DNA of 44,848 nt from an uncultured archaeon (GTDB lineage: Archaea; Nanobdellota; Nanobdellia; Woesearchaeales; CAIVOO01). The stretch covers positions 1 to 44,848 of the forward strand of contig CAWJRI010000006.1 in the NCBI GenBank assembly GCA_963845175.1. Direction: 5' to 3'. Position 1 is the first letter of the stretch. Each line of letters opens with the position of its first letter. Positions 35,672 through 43,263 of this stretch are shown here, in pieces. Below the pieces are notes generated by a model, which searched no databases, was not told the origin of the DNA, and saw nothing but the letters and a program-made list of their open reading frames with translations. The position numbers and the translations under genes were made by a program.

Positions 35672-37149
35672 TTATTTTATTGGATTCAATCCAAGCTCCT
35701 TCAGCTGCCTCGTTAATGCGTCATCAGGAATCTCCCGTGAGACAGTTGCAAACATTGCCAGATTTTTCCTAAGGCCGATGTTTGTTCCTTCCGGCGTCTC
35801 AATCGCGCACAGCCTTCCGAGATGGGTCGGATGCAGCGCCCTTGCCGCGAAATTCTCCTGGCTTGCCGAAAGCGGCGAAACAACCCTCTGCAGGTGCGAA
35901 ATCATGTCAAGGAAATTGTTTCTCTGGATTCTCTGCGAGATTCCCTCTCTGCCGCCTATCCAGGAGCCCGTTGCCATTGACGAATAAATTCTCTGGGTCA
36001 GAAGCTTGTCCCTTATGATGACTTTTATTGAAGGGAATTTTCCCCTCTTGACAATTCTCTGGAAATTGTAAAGCAAATCGCCGATGAGAACCTTTAGGTT
36101 TGCTCTCATCAAATCAGCCAGCAGGTCGCCGGAAAGCTTGAGCCTCTTGTTCATGTAGTGGTCCTTGTCGTCCCGGGCAATTCGCCGTTTGAAACATCAA
36201 TGAATTTCTTGAGCATCTTGCAGAGGTTGTATGCCTTGAACATGCCGTCATTTGCGTTTGTGCCGAGGTTCGGAAGCAGGATATTTGTCAAGAATCTCCT
36301 TTATCCTCTCAATTCTTATGTCCTTTGCCTGGGTTATTCCTATTTTCTTTGCGATGTAGTCCATGGGCATCCTCCTCTGTTTTCACGTCTGCAAATTCTG
36401 AAAGATTGATTATCATCTCGTCATACTGCTTTTCCGATGCAAACTGACTTCATTATTTCCTCATCCTTTGTCATGCCGAGCGCCTTCATGATTATGATAA
36501 GCGGAACCCTCTTTACTCTCGTAAATGACATGTAGAAAATTCCGTCCTTTAATCTTTCAATCAGGTGCGGAATTTTGTAGGCTTCCTTCTCGCAGAAAAC
36601 CTTGCCGATGTACTCCGAAAGCCCCGATGTTGCCTTTTCAACGAGGAAGCTGTTTGGCGCCAGGTCCTCAACGCTTATCAGCACTTTTTCTGTGCCGTTG
36701 ACTATGAAGTAGCCGCCGGGGTCGTCCGGGTCCTCCTTGTTCTGGACAAGCTCCTCTCTTGGAAGCTTGTACAGATTGCAGTATTTTGATTTGAGCATAA
36801 CCGGGATGCTTCCTATCTGCGTTGTGAATGTCTCTCTCTGGACGCCGTTTATGTGCGACGAAACTTCGATGTAGCATGGCGCGGCGTATGTTATTTTTCT
36901 CAGCCTTGCCTCAATGGATAGATTTTTCTCTTTGAGCCGTCTGCCTCTGTTATCTCGGGCTTTGTGACCCAGATCTTGTCGAGCTTTATCTTGAATTCGT
37001 CAACATTATGGGGGATGATTGTAGGCTCTATTTCCTTGTTCTCTTCGATTACCTTGCTGAAGCTCTGAATCAATAAAATTGTTAAAGGAATCCAGATCCG
37101 CGTCTATTATGCTTCTTTCCTCGAAGAACTTCTTTATCAGGACACGCAT
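35672..37149 (-). pseudogene. rpoB2: DNA-directed RNA polymerase subunit B'' (N-terminal half of Rpo2); reading frame interrupted at least 6 times
   Basis: Hand translation across three frames recovers a continuous RpoB N-terminus, where // marks a frame change: MRVLIKKFFEERSIIDADLDSFNNFIDSELQQ // KVIEENKEIEPTIIPHNVDEFKIKLDKIWVTKPEITEADGSKRKIYP // IEARLRKITYAAP...GGYFIVNGTEKVLIS...KSVCIG // EKQYDEMIINLSEFADVKTEEDA // MDYIAKKIGITQAKDIRIERIKEILDKY // LLPNLGTNANDGMFKAYNLCKMLKKFIDVSNGE // RDDKDHYMNKRLKLSGDLL...AIETPEGTNIGLRKNLA...LGLNPIK. Confidence 0.85.
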
Positions 37150-37150
37150 C

Positions 37151-37386
37151 TTATCCATAAAGCACGCCCTGTAATAATCGGTTTCGCCTGCTGTCAGGCT
37201 TTTCCTTGATATTTTAATCACGTCCCCTTCTTTAACTTCCAGATGCGCGATTGCAGGGTCGGTATTCAGAATTTTCGGAAGCTCCTTGGGTGTCAAATTA
37301 TATTTTTTGAAAAGTTCCTGCTTCTCTTTCTCTGAGAGCTTCGTGTGCTTGGGGACCAAGAGGTGTTTCTGTTCTTTTTCAACCAT
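37151..37386 (-). CDS. rpoH: DNA-directed RNA polymerase subunit H (Rpo5)
   Basis: Carries HLLVPKHTKLSEKEKQELFKKYNLTPKELPKILNTDPAIAHLEVKEGDVIKISRKSLTAGETDYYR. As written there is no stop before the rpoB'' start, so the 3' end given is the stop reached if one G is added to the G-run at 37167-37169. Confidence 0.8.
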
Positions 37387-37408
37387 TTTTTTTAGCCCTC
37401 GACTAGGA

Positions 37409-37497
37409 CGGGCCGGACGGGATTTTCAAGCTTGTTTTTGAACCCGCGACCACCTCATTAAAAGTGAGGTGCGCTAGCCAGACTGCGCTACCGGCCC
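37409..37497 (-). tRNA. tRNA-Lys (anticodon UUU) with a 14-nt intron in the T-loop
   Basis: Minus strand: GGGCCGG TA GCGC AGTCTGGCTA GCGC A CCTCA CTTTTAA TGAGG TGGTC GCGGG [TTCAAAAACAAGCTTGAAAAT] CCCGT CCGGCCC G. All stems pair. The T-loop is 21 nt instead of 7, and TTCAA/TTGAA form a helix. No encoded CCA. Confidence 0.85.
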
Positions 37498-37508
37498 AAT
37501 TTCAAAAA

Positions 37509-37540
37509 CAGGGGAAAGCCCTGGTAAGGGAAAGCCCCTG
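37509..37540. repeat. tandem direct repeat / hairpin CAGGGGAAAGCCCTG-GTAA-GGGAAAGCCCCTG in the tRNA spacer
   Basis: GGGAAAGCCC occurs twice, 7 nt apart. The outer CAGGGG/CCCCTG and the inner GCCC/GGG can pair. On the minus strand the element is followed by TTTTT. Confidence 0.5.
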
Positions 37541-37560
37541 CTTTTGAGCGTTATTTTTGT

Positions 37561-37567
37561 AAAAAAA
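37561..37567 (-). terminator. oligo-T tract 3' of tRNA-Asp
   Basis: The minus strand reads G-TA-TTTTTTT immediately after the tRNA-Asp discriminator. Archaeal RNAP terminates at oligo-T. Confidence 0.4.
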
Positions 37568-37569
37568 TA

Positions 37570-37701
37570 CGCCCTGGCCGGGATTTTCACAGTGATATCG
37601 TAAAATATCCTTTTTGAACCCGGGTCGAAGCCTATCTGTAGTTCATTTCAATTTTTTGAACTGCGACAGGGCTTCATGATAGACCACTACACTACCAGGG
37701 C
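37570..37701 (-). tRNA. tRNA-Asp (anticodon GUC) with two introns: canonical 37/38 (30 nt, 37634-37663) and T-loop (29 nt)
   Basis: Minus strand: GCCCTGG TA GTGT AGTGGTCTA TCAT G AAGCC CTGTCG[CAGTTCAAAAAATTGAAATGAACTACAGAT]A GGCTT CGAC CCGGG [TTCAAAAAGGATATTTTACGATATCACTGTGAAAAT] CCCGG CCAGGGC G. The anticodon intron forms a textbook bulge-helix-bulge: CTGT/ACAG is the 4-bp helix, with 3-nt bulges CGC and ATA. Confidence 0.85.
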
Positions 37702-37860
37702 TTATTTTTTAGTTTTTGTAGGCAAAACCGTCTTCTTTTGCATAGATAAGGCTATTTTAAGACTTATTCAGCTAAGAAGGTAGGATTTTGCATGTTTTTT
37801 CTATAAAACTCTGTACTTATAAAGATTTCGTTTTTATATAATAATTAACATATTAAAAAT

Positions 37861-38547
37861 TCATGAATTTATATACTCTGTTTTTTTCAGCCGCTCGCTT
37901 TTGGCGCTTGCCAGGACATAGTTCAGCGCAGAAGTGTAGACAAAAAGTTTTTTTGCTGTTTCAACTGCCTTTTCCTTGCTCTTCACGCGGATGCTTTTGA
38001 TTAGTTCGTCGTATTCATTCCAGTAGTCGCCAAAATTCTTGGCAACATCCTTTGCCAGCTTTATTTCAGAGAAATCATCTGCATCAATTATTTCTTTTAG
38101 ATCATTTCTCGCCTTAAGGCCGATGTCGTGCGCTTTGTTTTTTGCCTGCCCTGCAGAGATTTCTGCTTCTTCGTATTTGCCTGCGTAGACATTGTAGGCA
38201 GCCTGCGCAAGATTAATCATTGCATATTCCTCGGTGATTCTTTTCTGGCAGAATGTGACCATGCTTTTCATGAAATCCCTGTCGCCATGACTCATAGGAT
38301 CCTCATAAATTTCAATTGCCGCCTTTCTTGCTGCGATTCCTGCAATGCAGCAGTAAACGTCATGGGATGCGTTGTCAGCGTTTATCACCAGCTCAGTCGC
38401 TTTTTGGGAGCTTCTGCTTTGGATATTTTGTTTTATTGAATCACATTTTTTAAGGATTTCCTCTTCAACATTTATGGCATTCCTGCTGCCGTAGTCGAGG
38501 ACAAGTTTGCTGTCAATCCCAAGATTATGTGAATAGTCTTTTAGCAT
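37861..38547 (-). CDS. hypothetical all-helical protein
   Basis: 228-aa ORF rich in A/K/E/I with a helical periodicity. No motif recognised. Confidence 0.45.
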   Translation of the reverse strand: MLKDYSHNLGIDSKLVLDYGSRNAINVEEEILKKCDSIKQNIQSRSSQKATELVINADNASHDVYCCIAGIAARKAAIEIYEDPMSHGDRDFMKSMVTFCQKRITEEYAMINLAQAAYNVYAGKYEEAEISAGQAKNKAHDIGLKARNDLKEIIDADDFSEIKLAKDVAKNFGDYWNEYDELIKSIRVKSKEKAVETAKKLFVYTSALNYVLASAKSERLKKTEYINS

Positions 38548-38583
38548 GCGAAATTGTAAGCGCAGGTCGTATAAATAATTAAT

Positions 38584-38599
38584 GGAAAGATTTTTATAC
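38584..38599 (+). promoter_or_regulatory. BRE/TATA-like promoter element GGAAAGATTTTTATAC
   Basis: Lies about 23 nt upstream of ATG 38622. Confidence 0.45.
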
Positions 38600-38621
38600 T
38601 CTTTTGGGGCAATTGTATTTC

Positions 38622-39104
38622 ATGGATATTTTCGCGCATCTGCTTTGGACTTATATTTTTTTCAATAAATACACGAAGATGAAGCTTTCCCTTGTGTTTG
38701 CGGCAATGCCTGACGTTTTATCATTTGGGCTGCTGCTGTTTGTCGGCCTTTTCACAGGATTCAGCTGGGCCCATCCCATGGATGCCAGCCTGATTCCGAG
38801 CTGGGTTGGCGTGCTTTATTCAATCACGCATTCGCTTGTCATAATCGCCGCTGTTTTCCTGATTGTTTTCCTTATTTTCAGGACAATTCCGATTTATTTG
38901 CTTGCCTGGCCAATCCATGTTGTGATTGACATCTTCACCCATTCGCTGAAGTTCTACCCGACGCCATTTCTCTGGCCGATTTCAAACTTTCATTTCCCAG
39001 GTATCAGCTGGGGCACGCTCTGGTTCATGGTTGTGAATTACATTGCGATTGTTTCCTGTATTGTTTACATTAACCGGAAGAAGGTTAAAAAATTGTTCAA
39101 ATGA
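38622..39104 (+). CDS. integral membrane protein, possibly YdjM/DUF457-like metal-dependent hydrolase
   Basis: Starts MDIFAHLLW, has 4-5 TM helices and conserved-looking His/Asp residues (WPIHVVIDIFTHS). The ATG at 38622 is preferred to the track's TTG at 38604. Confidence 0.4.
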   Translation: MDIFAHLLWTYIFFNKYTKMKLSLVFAAMPDVLSFGLLLFVGLFTGFSWAHPMDASLIPSWVGVLYSITHSLVIIAAVFLIVFLIFRTIPIYLLAWPIHVVIDIFTHSLKFYPTPFLWPISNFHFPGISWGTLWFMVVNYIAIVSCIVYINRKKVKKLFK

Positions 39105-39115
39105 AATCTATTAAA

Positions 39116-40078
39116 TTACTCTTTAAAATTAATATAATCAAATAATCTGAAACACTGTTGTAGAGCATCATTTGAAACTTTTTTTATTTCATCATATTCA
39201 ACAACATCTCCTTTTAACTCTTTTTCGAGTATTGGATTAATCCAGCTAAAAATTCTGACAGCGCTTATTTTGTCTTTTTTAGCTTTTATCTCACTAATAT
39301 TTTCTTCATTTTTCATAAAATCTTCGCTAAGATATTTCAAATCATTAGGAAAATCAATTTTAGCATATATTTTCGTCATTTCTGTATAGGGTGTGGGACC
39401 GTTGGCCAATGTGATTAGATTAGCAAAAAATTCGGAATCTACTGCTTTTTTTACATCTTCTTTGTTTTTGCCAAATAACTTTTCAAAAAATAGGTGACCA
39501 ACTTCATGTATCAAAACAGTTGAAAAATAGGCGCCTTTAATCTGTGTAAGGTCGTTCTCGTGAATATTTAAATTTGCCAAATCTTTTTTTGTCATCTTAG
39601 TGAAAAAATTTTCAATTTTTAAATTTTCAATTATTTCTGTTGCAGATTGCTTTAACAAGTGAGAGTTAATATAAATGCCTCCTCTAGAATAAAAAGCGTC
39701 AGATTGTCTTTCAATTTTTTCAGTAATTTCAGTTAAATCAAATGAAAAATGTAATCCATATAACTCAACTGTGGTTTTAAAAACGCCAAATTTATGTTTT
39801 AAAAAATCAAAAAATTTGTCCGCTTCATCTCTTTCACTTTCTTCATTTAAAACAGTTTCATCTATTGATTCGGATTTGACAGGTTCAGTATTAGAAGCAG
39901 TCATTAAAGGTGCAGACTTATGCTGTGTAGTTTTAGGATCTTTAGATCTAGAATAAATTGATAATCCTGCGGCTCCTGAAGCGAGTGCAATTGCTGCTAA
40001 GACTCCTACTAATCCTTTTCTAAACTTTGAATTCTTTTTCTGTTCTTCAAGAAATTCACCATATGTTTGGTTTTTCAT
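39116..40078 (-). CDS. membrane-anchored HExxH protein, putative zinc metallopeptidase (paralog 3 of 5641..6507 / 6512..7333)
   Basis: TM anchor GLVGVLAAIALASGAAGLSIY and motif LIHEVGHLFFEKL. The downstream SEFFANLITLANGPTPYTEM, AVRIFSWI and YDEIKKVSNDAL are collinear with SEVKAYVGSFIRAPSYNTF, GKRIFDLF and LEELKKVAEEI in the tandem pair. Confidence 0.55.
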   Translation of the reverse strand: MKNQTYGEFLEEQKKNSKFRKGLVGVLAAIALASGAAGLSIYSRSKDPKTTQHKSAPLMTASNTEPVKSESIDETVLNEESERDEADKFFDFLKHKFGVFKTTVELYGLHFSFDLTEITEKIERQSDAFYSRGGIYINSHLLKQSATEIIENLKIENFFTKMTKKDLANLNIHENDLTQIKGAYFSTVLIHEVGHLFFEKLFGKNKEDVKKAVDSEFFANLITLANGPTPYTEMTKIYAKIDFPNDLKYLSEDFMKNEENISEIKAKKDKISAVRIFSWINPILEKELKGDVVEYDEIKKVSNDALQQCFRLFDYINFKE

Positions 40079-40098
40079 TATATACAGTAGAATAAAGT

Positions 40099-40115
40099 TA
40101 TATATAAATCTTTCT
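40099..40115 (-). promoter_or_regulatory. BRE/TATA-like promoter element AGAAAGATTTATATATA
   Basis: On the minus strand, about 21 nt upstream of ATG 40078 (leaderless geometry). The 15-mer AAATCTTTCTATTTT is identical to the reverse complement of 1072-1086. Confidence 0.5.
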
Positions 40116-40121
40116 ATTTTT

Positions 40122-40137
40122 GTTACTTAAAAGTAAC
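40122..40137. promoter_or_regulatory. perfect palindrome GTTACTT-AA-AAGTAAC (candidate operator)
   Basis: 7-bp inverted arms, located between the TATA at 40099-40115 and a second TATATAAAA box at 40141-40149. Related to 1052-1070 and 5442-5460. Confidence 0.4.
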
Positions 40138-40154
40138 GAATATATAAAAGAGTA

Positions 40155-40610
40155 TTAGTATGTCACGCCAGGGCACTGTACGTATTGGTTTTTCTTGTCC
40201 TTCTCATTGTAATCTATGCTCATTGTCGCTGTAATTGTCATTTTAAGATTCGGAGCAACATTCACCTGCTCGCCGTATCCGTGTGTCACATAGGACCATT
40301 GTGAAGTTTCCGGTGAAGAAGCTGTTCTTGTGCAGGTGCGCATAACATTGTCAATTTCCCATCCGCCGCAGGAGAACTGGTCAGGCGCAGTTGTTCCAAC
40401 TGTTGGGTTTGTTGAGATGAAAAATACAGCGCCTTCTGAGCCTGTCATTATGCCGGCTACTCTTATTTCATAAGCCCTTGCATATTTTGCGCCCATGTCA
40501 TGAAGAGTTCCCTTGACTATCCCTTCATATTTTTCAGTTATGATGCAGGAGTAATTTGCGAACTGGACAGAAGCTGTCTTCTCAGCTGGCTGAGTTTGAT
40601 GCTCAACCAC
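40155..40610 (-). CDS. hypothetical protein, probably 5'-truncated at the composition junction
   Basis: 151-aa frame that can only begin at GTG 40610, with an in-frame TAG at 40622-40624. It has no signal peptide or promoter, although it is Cys-containing and looks secreted. AT-rich codon usage matches the archaeal part. Confidence 0.45.
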   Translation of the reverse strand: MVEHQTQPAEKTASVQFANYSCIITEKYEGIVKGTLHDMGAKYARAYEIRVAGIMTGSEGAVFFISTNPTVGTTAPDQFSCGGWEIDNVMRTCTRTASSPETSQWSYVTHGYGEQVNVAPNLKMTITATMSIDYNEKDKKNQYVQCPGVTY

Positions 40611-40649
40611 ACTTTGATTGGCTACGCTTGTATTTTGTCCATTGTCTGA

Positions 40650-41327
40650 CTGCTCCTTGCATCAAAGCTCTGCGTGGCTTCATAGGGGAAGGTCGCGCCA
40701 TCAAGATGCCCTTGGCCAGACCATCCTGCGTTTCAGCAGGCGGCACAGGCAACGGCACGGCGCCGAGCGCGGGAATAACCTGCGCAAATTGCTCACCCGC
40801 ATAGCGGATGCGCAGGCCCTTGAAGTCGGCGATTGTTGTAATCTTCTGGCTTGGATGTATGGAACATCAGCGGATTGGTGACAGCCATCCAGAGAATTTC
40901 TTCAGGCCGTTATGTTCGGCGGCGAGAAATTCGGGAGCCAGTTCCGTCAGGCGCTTCGAGGTGACCACGCTATGCTCGCCAGCTTTGGGATGCACATAAG
41001 GCAGGCTGACGAGTTCGGTCGTGGGATAGCGACCAGGCGTTGCGCCGTGCAAGCCAACCGCAATATCGGCCACGCCCGAGCGCGCGAGATCAAACTGGCG
41101 ATTGACTGGACCGAGTTGTGAAGCGGGAAAAATATTGACTTCAAACGGCCGCCCGATTTTTCAGACAGTTCTTCGCCCCAACGCACGAGTTCCTTCTGGA
41201 ACGTGTCGTTCGGCGGAAGATAATGGGAGACCTTCAGCTCAACGGTCTGAGCAGCGGCAAAAGTGCAGGATGCGATCAGTGTGGCGGACGCGATGCTTCC
41301 AGCGAGCGCGCGACAAGTCATGCTCAT
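40650..41327 (-). pseudogene. TRAP-transporter periplasmic solute-binding protein (DctP family), frame-broken and 3'-truncated
   Basis: AAGGAGG lies 6 nt upstream of ATG 41327. Signal peptide MSMTCRALAGSIASATLIASCTFAAAQ, then VELKVSHYLPPNDTFQKELVRWGEELSEKSGGRL. It continues in other frames as ADIAVGLHGATPGRYPTTELVSLPYV...TSKRLTELAPEFLAAEH, then ITTIADFKGLRIRYAGEQFAQVIPALGAVPLPVPPAETQDGLAKGI and DGATFPYEATQSFD. About 100 aa of the C-terminus are missing. Confidence 0.7.
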
Positions 41328-41473
41328 GGTGTTCCTCCTTGCTTTCCTCTTCCTGATCGGCCGGGTCACTCTTTGGTGCGCCTGTACCGTATCATGGACT
41401 AGAGTACCGCATGGCGATACCCCGTCAAGCAGGAGGGCGAATTCTCGCCCCCCTCCCATTGGTAGCCCTGTGC

Positions 41474-42245
41474 TTAACGCGCCATGGCGGAGCGGATCCG
41501 CTTGCGGAAGGCTTTGAGCTGGCGAGACAAATCGTCTTTCTGCTCATCAAACCGTTGCGAGGGGACAGATGGAACGGCCACCGGGGCGTCCCATTGTGTC
41601 GAGCAGAGCAATGCCAACGGCTGAAATGCCTTCGCCATGTTCCTCAAGATCAAAAGCCAGATTGGTCTTGCGGATCTCCTCAAGCTCGGCATGCAGTTTG
41701 GCGCGATGCTTCAACGGAAAATCCGGATGCTCAGCCAAGCTCTTGTCGATGAGCTCTTCGGCATCTTCAGGCGAGAAGCAGGCTAGGATCGCTTTGCCAT
41801 TGGCTGTGCAGTGCAGCGGAAAGCGCTCGCCGACGGCCGAGACGGCCACCAGCCGATGGCGGCCAGGAACCTGGTCAACAAAAACCGTGGAGCCGCCTGA
41901 CAAGACCGCCAGATCAACTGTTTCGCCGACTTCTTCGCCCAGCGTGCGCAAATAGGGGCGGATGATATCCGCCGTGTTAGAGCCCACAGATGCTGCGATG
42001 CGAACAAGAGCAGGGCCGATGCGCACATCGCCCGGACCGGATGCAATGACCAAGTCTTCCGCCGCAAGCGCGGCGACAATGCGCTGCACGGTCGAGCGTG
42101 CCAGATCGACAGATTTGGCAATCTGCCCAAAACTCAGCCCGTCCGGATGGTTCTCAAGTGTGCGCAAAATGCTGGCCGCTCGCGCGATCACTTGGATGCC
42201 GACTTGCGTACCGTTCTTTTCTTCAGGATCTTTGACGTCCTGCAT
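41474..42245 (-). pseudogene. IclR-family transcriptional regulator with one frameshift near the C-terminus
   Basis: AGGAGG precedes ATG 42245. wHTH segment LSFGQIAKSVDLARSTVQRIVAALAAEDLV and effector domain RFPLHCTANGKAILA...EEHGEGISAVGIALLDTMGRP. The expected end VAVPSVPSQRFDEQKDDLSRQLKAFRKRIRSAMAR is in the ORF 41474..41692 frame. Confidence 0.8.
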
Positions 42246-42420
42246 TCTTCCTCCTTCGACCGGCCTTGAACGCGCCTGGGAAAAACCGCGCGACAGCCGA
42301 TTGACCGTCATATGGTACATGCGTATCGTATCATGGACCACAAGAAATTTGGCGGCGATCAGCTGCAAAAAAGATAGGCGGCAATTCCGCCGCGGGATGA
42401 AGCGCAAACGGAGGACGATT

Positions 42421-43263
42421 ATGCCCGTGACCATTCGCGGCATTCAGTTCGAGGACAATCTCGATAATTCCATTGGGCTTGAATTCTACAATCTGTCGCA
42501 TCGGTTTGGCTATCAATCGCCGAACTGGCCCTATTTCGAAGACGTGAAGATCGAGCGCATTCACTATATGGCGAAGTCCGGCGTGCTGACGCAGCGCATC
42601 ACGACGAGTATGCACAACACTACGCATATCGACGCGCCGGCCCATGTCGTGTCGGGCACGCCTTTCATCAACGAAGTGCCGCTGCCGCATTTTTTTGGCA
42701 GCGGAATCGTCGTGTCGATGCCGAAGAAGAAGTGGGAATCGATCACTTATGAAGACCTCGAAAAGGCGGCCGGCAAAGTCGTGCGCCCCGGCGATGTCGT
42801 CATCGTCAATACCGGCTGGCATCGCATCTATGAGGACAACGAGGATTATTTTGCGCGCGCCCCCGGTTTCGTGCCGTCCGCCGCCGATTGGTTCGTCGAG
42901 AAGAAAGTGAAGGTCATTGGCCACGACACGCAGGCCAATGATCATCCGCTCGCAACCGCCATCGGCCCGCAGCGCAATGGTCCGCTGCTGCCGCATCTCG
43001 CCGAGGAATATCGCGAATGGTCGGGCGGACACGACTGGAAGGACGATTTTCCCGAATGGGAGCCGGTGCATCGCAAATTGTTCAAGAACGGCATTCTCGG
43101 CATCGAGAATGTCGGTGGCGATCTCGACAAGGTGACGGGCAAGCGGGTCACCTTTGCATTCTTTCCTTGGAACTGGGAGCGTGGCGACGGCTGTATCATC
43201 CGCCTCGTCGCCATCATCGACAAGCGCGGGGAGTACCGGATCGAACGCGGGGAGGCCTTCTGA
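42421..43263 (+). CDS. putative cyclase-family protein (kynurenine-formamidase-like fold)
   Basis: Metal motif SMHNTTHIDAPAH (HxxTHxDAPxH), NTGWH and GHDTQANDHP. This is the only gene in the GC-rich block with an intact frame. The part of the track ORF upstream of 42421 is antisense to iclR. Confidence 0.75.
   Translation: MPVTIRGIQFEDNLDNSIGLEFYNLSHRFGYQSPNWPYFEDVKIERIHYMAKSGVLTQRITTSMHNTTHIDAPAHVVSGTPFINEVPLPHFFGSGIVVSMPKKKWESITYEDLEKAAGKVVRPGDVVIVNTGWHRIYEDNEDYFARAPGFVPSAADWFVEKKVKVIGHDTQANDHPLATAIGPQRNGPLLPHLAEEYREWSGGHDWKDDFPEWEPVHRKLFKNGILGIENVGGDLDKVTGKRVTFAFFPWNWERGDGCIIRLVAIIDKRGEYRIERGEAF

Noticed and set aside
36170-37060. Programmed ribosomal frameshifting or an intein/intron as the explanation for the broken rpoB''
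   Set aside because: There are six breaks of mixed direction within 900 nt. There are no slippery heptamer or pseudoknot patterns and no inserted sequence, since the protein is continuous across each break. Error or decay is far more likely.
37509-37540. Possible CRISPR-like repeat
   Set aside because: There are only two 10-13-nt copies, separated by 4-7 nt. There are no spacers of CRISPR length, no further repeats and no cas genes. No CRISPR array was seen anywhere in the window.
41962-42420. 153-codon upstream extension of the cyclase ORF (track ORF 41962..43263)
   Set aside because: The extension is antisense to iclR and Arg/Ser/Ala-rich. The conserved cyclase sequence begins at MPVTIRG (42421).
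42331-43071. 246-aa minus-strand ORF in the GC-rich block
   Set aside because: It is antisense to the intact cyclase gene. Long stop-free antisense frames are expected in GC-rich DNA, and the Arg/Ala-rich translation has no motif.
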